From positions 434,001 through 454,313 of the forward strand of contig CT868507.1 in NCBI GenBank assembly GCA_000165425.1: DNA of 20,313 nucleotides, written 5' to 3'. The notes under the pieces are model-generated. The model searched no databases and had not been told where the DNA came from. It worked only from the letters and a program-made list of their open reading frames with translations. Made by a program: the position numbers and the translations under genes. Each line of letters opens with the position of its first letter. Position 1 is the first letter of the stretch. The stretch comes from Paramecium tetraurelia (Eukaryota). Below, in pieces: positions 13,606 to 20,313 of this stretch.

Positions 13606-13681
13606 ATTTATATCAATAATTTAACTATTTATTGTATATTATTAAAATTTGAAGCAATAAAAAAAATAACTTATTTTTATA

Positions 13682-14573
13682 ATGGATTTAGAAATAGTAA
13701 TAAATTACGAACAAAACCAGCCTGCAAGCAATGATTTGTGTGAGTTATTTGATGAGTTGGAAGAATAAAATGAAAAATATCATTTATATATGAATCGTGG
13801 ATCTAGAAGGGAAATGCTTGATAGAGTAACACTTAACAATTAATTATTCTTAGTATTAAGTTTAGAATAATCATTATGCAATTTTTGATGGTCATGGGTC
13901 CTCTCATGTTGTCGATTACTTATAGCAGAATTTGTTACAAAGATTACAAAATGAAATGTCAGATGAGGAATATAAAAAAGGTATTGTATACAATTTAATT
14001 TTTGTAGTGTTTAGTGACATTGATAACAATTTAAGTCAATACATGTAATCTGGGTCGGTTGCTATATTATTGTCTATTTAAAATAAAACTGTTACAATAA
14101 CAAATCTAGGAGATTCCAAGGCTATTGTATTCCGAGAAAATTCATTTGAATAATTAAATTCTATTCATATACCCTAATCCAAAGAAGAAAATTAGAGAAT
14201 CCTTAAATAAGGAGGGTAAAATTATTATTTCTATCTCATTAGTCTAATTACAAAGAGACAAAACATTTGCCGAGTATCAGGATCTTTAACTGTTACAAGA
14301 TCATTTGGTGATTTTTATCTTAAAAAGTACATTATCAGCGAGCCTGAGATCTTCAAATACTAGATCTCAGAAGGTGATAAATTCATAGTTATGGCGAGTG
14401 ATGGTTTCTGGAATGTAAATATAGCAAATTTATTTTAGGAACTTTCGGAATAAGAAATTTTATAGATCATTCAGAAACTTGATCAAAACAAGAATTTAGC
14501 AAAATAGTTATATCAAGCAATATCAAGTGATTATATAAGAGACAATGTAACTATAATGGTATTCCCATTATGA
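13682..14573 (+). CDS. Minimal PP2C/PPM phosphatase, 261 aa
   Basis: Motifs GSRREMLDR, AIFDGHG, SGSVA, NLGDSKA, LTVTRSFGD, MASDGFW, DNVT. Introns 13826-13853, 13981-14007, 14216-14242, 14415-14438. TGA 14571-14573. Confidence 0.93.
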
Positions 14574-14679
14574 ATTTAATTCAATTCTGATTATTGTGTT
14601 TTATCTCTTCCTTATTAATTAATAATCAATCAATTAAAATTAATCTGAAGAAATTCTGAAATTCTTGCATATTAAATAT

Positions 14680-15760
14680 TCAAGAGAAATAAGCAACTAT
14701 TTAAAGATATTTTATCAATGATTTCTTTTTGCTATTCTTTGAGTAAATTTTTAATAATATTTCCATAATTTCATCAATTTCTTTGCTTTCGTTGAAGGAT
14801 TCCAAAATGTGTAAATACGTTATTGTACCTCTGTATCTTGATCACTTAAAACTCTTAAACTCTATCATTAGGAATAAACAAGACTTGTCATTTTGATTGA
14901 TTTTATGATAAATTATTTTGGATCCAATATGCTTCTAGCTGTAAAGCGACAGAATCTCCAAATTATTTACTCATGGCTAATCCTGAAATTTGCTTAGCAT
15001 AAACAAAGCTAGCTGGTATCAATATTTTAGCTATTATCAGCCTCAAAAGGTTAAACTTGTTCTTTACTGGTCAAAATTATTTTCTTCTAACTTAAAACAT
15101 CAGTTTTATGATCATTCATATATTCAACAATTTTCCTTTTATTGAAATATCTTCTCTATTCAATAAATATCAATAATGAACAATAACAGTATTCTATAGA
15201 TCTTGACTCATCAGGATTGGCACAACATAAATTGTTTTCAGAAATGAATGATGTTGAACAAGTAGTTCCACTTAACGACAATCGTTCTACATAATCAGTG
15301 ATTCTCTATAAATATTAAATAAATTCTAGATCTTTTCTAAAAACTACTAGAAAAAGATTTCTCAATTCTTAAAATAGTAAATTTGTGATTTTCAATTTAT
15401 TATATAATATTTATTGTTATTTAATTCATAATATTTTCAATCAAATTCAATTCTGTGAATAATTCTTTTCTAATATTAATCTTCTATTTCCTGATAAATA
15501 TTTTCAATCAATAAACTGTTATAGCTGCTAACACTCTTGAGTGGTTGTAAAACCATAAAGTCCATAATTATCCATAATTCTAGAATAAAATTAGATTATT
15601 ACAATATTTCCAAGTTTATTCTCGAGGATTTGAAAATCTTAAACTATTTTAGTTTATCTTAAGTTTTCATTATTATTTTGGGAAGTATTGTCTAACTCTT
15701 TTACTCTGTTGTGAGGGAGGGCTAAATTCGAATTTAATGGTGATTTGATAGAAAGATGGA
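14680..15760 (-). pseudogene. Decayed PP2C pseudogene (boundaries approximate)
   Basis: Degenerate PP2C motifs occur in the correct order across shifting frames: QTKIVQD (~15650), IMDNYGLYG (~15565), LSGTTC..NLCCANPDESRSI (~15275-15200), NDHKTD (~15110), GLAMSK/GDSVA (~14980-14945), NDRVQEF/SDQD (~14855), EIIDKIS (~14715). There are multiple TGAs and frameshifts. Confidence 0.8.
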
Positions 15761-16304
15761 TACAGAATCAGATGCATATCATCTTTTTGTCAACACATGA
15801 TACTTGACAACTGAAACTTGAGTGTAAATTAAATTGATAGACATTAATTGGATACATGAGAAAAAATAAAATATTCATATTTCTTTAGAAATTATAATCA
15901 AGAATTTAGCCTTAATGTAATTTTATGTTGTATTAATAAGGCCACTAAAATTGAGGATTTTTCAATAATTAAATAAGTTAGGTGATTTTAATTTTGAATT
16001 CCAAATTTTATGAAATCTGCGATGGTGGGAAAGAGGAATTGAATCATTCATCTATATCAAGATTATTGCTGCATCTTTTACCTTGGATGATTTTTTTATT
16101 ATTTTTGTTTGTAATGAAATATTTTATTTTTAAATCCTTATTTCCTTAAGATAACTTTACTTTCTAATTATATACTTCAACATAGTCAGTTATCTCCTAA
16201 GAATAATCCATGATCAAGTTTGTTTAATCATAATCCTAATGTAAATCTAATTAATAAAATAGAGAGTTTAATAATTAAAATCAAAATGAATATAATACAT
16301 GAAA

Positions 16305-17231
16305 TCAATAGAAATACATCTTAAGTGATTCTATCTATTTTTATTCTGTACTCAATTTATTAATCTACACTATCCATTTACTTTTTAATTGTTCTTTTTT
16401 TGCATTAGTTATCTGCAAGAAATCTGGCTGGATTTTAATCAAAAACATTAATGATTTCTCCATAATTTCTTTATTCATTGGTATTTTATTAAGTAAATGG
16501 TGTATTAAATTATTATAATAAACAAATGAAACCGATCTTTAATTGAAATACTTAATCGTCGTTTCTAAAATTTACTTAATTTAATCTCTCTGCTCATCAG
16601 AGTATATTTGAAATGGCAATTATGCAGGTGAGATGTCTAATACTAGATTCATATCAAATGCAGGATAATAAATCTTAAATTCTTGAGAACATTCAAGAAA
16701 GGCCTCTTCTCCAATCAATCTTAAATAATTTTCATGAACTTTTTAGACTAAATCATCCAATTTATTTCTTATTGAAGCAATTCTACTTTCAAATATTGCA
16801 GGCAACTTACTTTAAAAAGGCTAAAATTAAGGTAAATTTTCTATAGGAATGTCATTCATAATAAGCTCAATTGATTTATTTAAAATCTTTATCTCATATA
16901 AATCTTTATCTAGTTTTAACAATTATCCAATTTATAATATTTTGATGGAATTAGTTTTTATGTCAAATATAAGTGGTTATCTCTTTTTCCAATACATTTA
17001 TTCGATATTTCTCATTGTTTATAATAATTATTAGAATTTAATTGGTAATGGATATTAATCGGAAATTTACCCAAATCTCTCTCTAAGGCTTAGAAAATTA
17101 ATAGGAGAAACATGTGCCACTTTAATTAAGGATATTTTAGCATCTGCTAACTCACTTAGATGTCTTGTAGATTCATCTTCACCAATAGTTTTATTCTCTG
17201 ACAATGTTTTTATTAGTTTGTAGTTATTCAT
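16305..17231 (-). CDS. CDT1: Cdt1-like DNA replication licensing factor, 308 aa, intronless
   Basis: Clean 927-nt ATG-to-TGA frame. Segments recall Cdt1: LPIKFQQLLQ, LQIGQL, RIASIRNKLDDLVQKVHENYL, YYPAFDMNLVLDISPAQLP (cf. WHPxFxxxxVPDIxxAxLP), and C-terminal winged-helix-like MEKSLMFLIKIQPDFLQI (cf. EKHLxLLxELLPDWL). The CDS is firm; the family call is by eye. Confidence 0.72.
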
Positions 17232-17311
17232 CTTATCTTAATTATTTATTAATATTTGCAACGAATTCAGGGTATCAATAAATAAACCCGCATTTTGCTA
17301 TTTAATTAATA

Positions 17312-17320
17312 GCGCCAAAA
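17312..17320 (-). promoter_or_regulatory. E2F-consensus motif TTTTGGCGC ~80 bp upstream of the Cdt1-like ATG
   Basis: The + strand gcgccaaaa reads TTTTGGCGC on the gene's strand, matching TTTSSCGC, in otherwise very AT-rich DNA. Function is inferred only. Confidence 0.4.
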
Positions 17321-17846
17321 ATTGGGATGCTATAGTTAAGGTATAAACTTTATAAATAAAATAATAAATTATATTGATGCAAAACAAAATAAATAACATT
17401 CAATTAATCTTTGTCATTTGTAATAATTTCTTTAATCTTAAAGTTAATATAGAATTTAAATCACATTAATATTATTTATGATTGATTTAAAATAAGGGAT
17501 TGTGTAAAATTTAATGAATTTTTATGTATCTTCTTATTAGGTTTGAGTTTTAGTGAACTTTAAGTGGGATAAATTGTTATGAAAATATTAAAGTTCTAAG
17601 CTTTATTTATTCAACTACTCATTAGTCTATTTTCATCATAATGTTTTCTGTAAATATAAGTATTATTAATAAAATAATTTTGATACAAAATTAATACACC
17701 ATTACTTTAAGTAAAATTCCTTCTAGACTTGAATTAACACAAATCTGAGTGCTATGAAAAGAATTATATGTATTTTATCATAAGACAAGATCAGATCATC
17801 GATAAATTTAATTTTTTTTGATTTTTAGTTAAACAAACTTATACTT

Positions 17847-19497
17847 TCAGTTCTAATGATAAACTCTAAACGAAATTTATCTTGATAGACTATCCCAAAT
17901 TACTAAAAACTTTCCATCTTGACTTATTGTTCCAAAAATAAATGCTTGGGCTCCCCTTAAATCATAATCAATAGATTAAACTAATTTAATATCCAATCCA
18001 TAATCTTATGAAGATAATTAGTTTTTAAATTATAAAATATTCACTGAATATCCATTTTTTATAACTATTATGCCTGATTCTGAGAGGTATATAGCAGGAA
18101 AGTAAGCGATACAAGTTGCATCTCGGCCATTAATTTAAACTTCTTAGATTTTCTTAAACTCATTGCTTTCTTATGATTAACTAAAGATGAAAATTTTATT
18201 AATTTGCAAAGGCTGGAATATAAACATCGAATTTGAAATAAAGCATAATCTGTATCCAGTATGTTCAAGAGGTATAGATTGACTTATAAACCAGTCATTA
18301 TTGTTTTTTTCAATAATTATAATGAACTTATTATGCAATAGAGCAGCTAGCTTGCTTTCATCTTAATTTAAAGAAATCCCATAAGGACATCCAGAATAGC
18401 CACTCAAGATCTACGAGCAAGCATACTGCTTGTCCTTCTGCCAAAATCTTATTGTATAATCTTAGCTTCCAGATATGATTTGATCATTCTGGCTTAATTA
18501 TAAGCAAAGTATAGCCTCTCTGTGTCCTTTTATCTGTTATTCTTAATACCAAACAAATCTAAATTTCTCAAGTTTCCAGACTATAATTAAACCATTTTTA
18601 AAACCAGAAACAAAAGAATGTTTAGCTCTTTCTGCATTAAAAAAGTTTAGTGTATGCACTTCACAAGCTTATTTGGTATCTATATGTTGCAAACAATCAA
18701 CAACTTTATCCATTTTTTTTGGTTTTTGATTTATATAAAAGACTTTTATGTCAAATTTAGATGCACTTGCTAACAATTAATTATCTTTACTAATTGACTA
18801 ATTGAACTACACAATCTAAGGTTCAGAAATACTCATTTTGGGTATTAACTTATAAAAAAATGATTAAGCTAAAATTGATGTATTTTAAGACCGAGGAGGA
18901 AATAGCTGTAAATATTAAGTATACTCCGGTTATTAGAAAATACCTCCTAATTCTCTCAAGGCTTCATATATTACTTAATATTCTTCCTTCATAAAGAGTT
19001 ATTTAAAATAAGGATAGGTTTCTTTTATCCATTTCTAGTTAATATTTTTTAATTTGTTTCTTTCCATGCACTCAAAATTATCAGATTATTTATTGATAAG
19101 CAGTTAAATTTCTTAGTGTAAATTAAAAGGTTATTTATTTATAAGGTGACTCTCATATTCTTTGCTTCCACTAGTCAATTGTTGAGAGAATTTTATCAAA
19201 AATAGTAATTTACTTATCTTTCAACATCAAAATTTATGACTGAATAAATCTCATATATGAATAATGACCCCTTGTAATATCATTGCTCATCTTTGTCCCC
19301 CTTTCTACATTTATTTAAATTTATTCAATAACTCTTTCTATCTTCATAATCTAAGAATAAATTCCTATATTCATGCATTCTGAACACAATAATCTCTCAT
19401 CAGAAAGTGAGTTTGGATCTAATGAAATAAATTCAATCTTTCTGTTGTGATTAAATTTACAATTATAATTTTGGAGTTCTTCCTAAATTTACCACAT
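17847..19497 (-). CDS. WD40-repeat protein with N-terminal Cys/His motif and coiled coil; single frameshift near 19155-19165 (possible pseudogene)
   Basis: N-terminus MWQIQEELQNYNCKFNH..ERLLCSEC. WD repeats FVSGFKNGLIIVWK and GHREAILCL..IISGSQDYTIRFWQ. C-terminus FGTISQDGKFLVIWD; stop at 17847-17849. The span is 1651 nt (3n+1); the first frame hits TGA at 19153-19155 and the +1 frame is open to the end. Confidence 0.85.
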
Positions 19498-19627
19498 TTA
19501 TAAACAAAATAACAATAAATTATATAACATAAAAGGCTTCAAATATTATCTATTAAAAATATATTACTAAGTGATCAATACTATAAAACATTTATTTCAT
19601 ACTCTTCTTTTGTGTCTTTAGGTAACT

Positions 19628-19901
19628 ATGAAAATTAGGTTAAATCAGCAAAGAACACAATTTTTATAATTTAAAAGACTGCAGATTCTTTATATTGAGA
19701 ATGATATTAGAATGGATAAAGTTTTTTAATTGGAAAAGACAAATAAATGCTTATTTGAAGAATTTCCATAATTAGGAGTATTTTTTATTAATATCATATA
19801 AGCATGAAGGTAGATAGCAAAGAACAAATATTATTAGATTTGAGATAGAATTTAAGGATTTATCATAAGTATTGAAACTATCCCTTCACCTTTTTAATTG
19901 A
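19628..19901 (+). other. Possible short gene or gene remnant (~82 aa)
   Basis: ATG 19628. A typical-looking 25-nt intron (gtattttttattaatatcatataag, 19778-19802) removes a stop and extends the frame to TGA 19899-19901. No domain recognised. Confidence 0.25.
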
Positions 19902-19974
19902 ATGATAGGAAAGGAAAACAAAAGCAATAAGCATAAGGTCAGGAAAAAATAAAAAATTAAATTAACTTTTATTT

Positions 19975-20170
19975 CGAAGTGTGTCCCCGGATAAGAGTTA
20001 ATCTTTGAGACATGGACGCTGGTGGTTAGACGTTTGGACTATATTTACTAACATATGAGTCCCCCTATAACGGCGATAACATCAATGTGACAGAGTAGGA
20101 GTATCCCCACTTAACGAAGAAGCCATGTCTCCCCTAGACGGATATCAATACAGAATAAACTCGGGCTGTG
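19975..20170. other. GC/CpG-rich telomere-adjacent element
   Basis: Hand count gives 78/180 GC (43%) in 19981-20160 versus 46/180 (26%) in 19801-19980. Nine CpGs and four recurring (GT..)TCCCC motifs. Confidence 0.55.
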
Positions 20171-20313
20171 GTTTGGGTTTTGGGTTTTGGGTTTGGGTTT
20201 GGGTTTGGGGTTGGGTTTGGGTTTGGGTTTGGGTTTGGGTTTGGGTATGGGTTTGGGGTTTGGGGTTGGGGTTGGGGAAGGGTTTGGGGTTGGGGTTGGG
20301 GTTGGGGTTGGGG
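20169..20313 (+). repeat. Telomeric repeat tract, mixed TTTGGG/TTGGGG (Paramecium type)
   Basis: About 23 units of T2-4G3-4 run to the window end with the G-rich strand 5'->3' toward the terminus. The G3T3 + G4T2 mixture is characteristic of Paramecium macronuclear telomeres. Confidence 0.97.

Noticed and set aside
16849..17034. Track ORF (plus, 61 aa)
   Set aside because: Antisense to the Cdt1-like CDS.
18068..18268. Track ORF (minus, 66 aa)
   Set aside because: Out-of-frame overlap with the WD40 reading frame on the same strand.
20095..20120. 5S rRNA or other Pol III RNA in the subtelomeric island
   Set aside because: Only a short GTGGGG resemblance on the minus strand; no 5S/tRNA structure or internal promoter boxes.

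Overview
AT-rich eukaryotic DNA from the last ~20 kb of a ciliate macronuclear chromosome, most likely Paramecium (aurelia group). Genes read through TAA/TAG as Gln (translation table 6, TGA the only stop), carry 21-28 nt GT..AG introns, and the window ends in mixed G3T3/G4T2 telomeric repeats. The supplied standard-code ORF track therefore misses almost every real gene. Manual translation gives, on +: a 5'-truncated TPR protein, a CDPK, a zinc-finger/coiled-coil/RING protein, a coiled-coil protein, a PP2C, a SAM-FHA-FHA-RING protein, a MAP kinase kinase and a second PP2C. On -: a 95-aa basic ORF, a heavily decayed PP2C pseudogene, a compact Cdt1-like gene with an upstream E2F-type motif and a WD40 gene. 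A GC-rich ~190 bp island abuts the telomere. Most notable: (i) a co-oriented phospho-writer/eraser/reader-ligase cluster, (ii) point lesions in three otherwise intact genes (sequencing error, recent pseudogenisation or recoding), (iii) the Cdt1-like gene and its promoter, (iv) the subtelomeric island and the polarised telomere. All family calls come from motif recognition by eye, not database searches.
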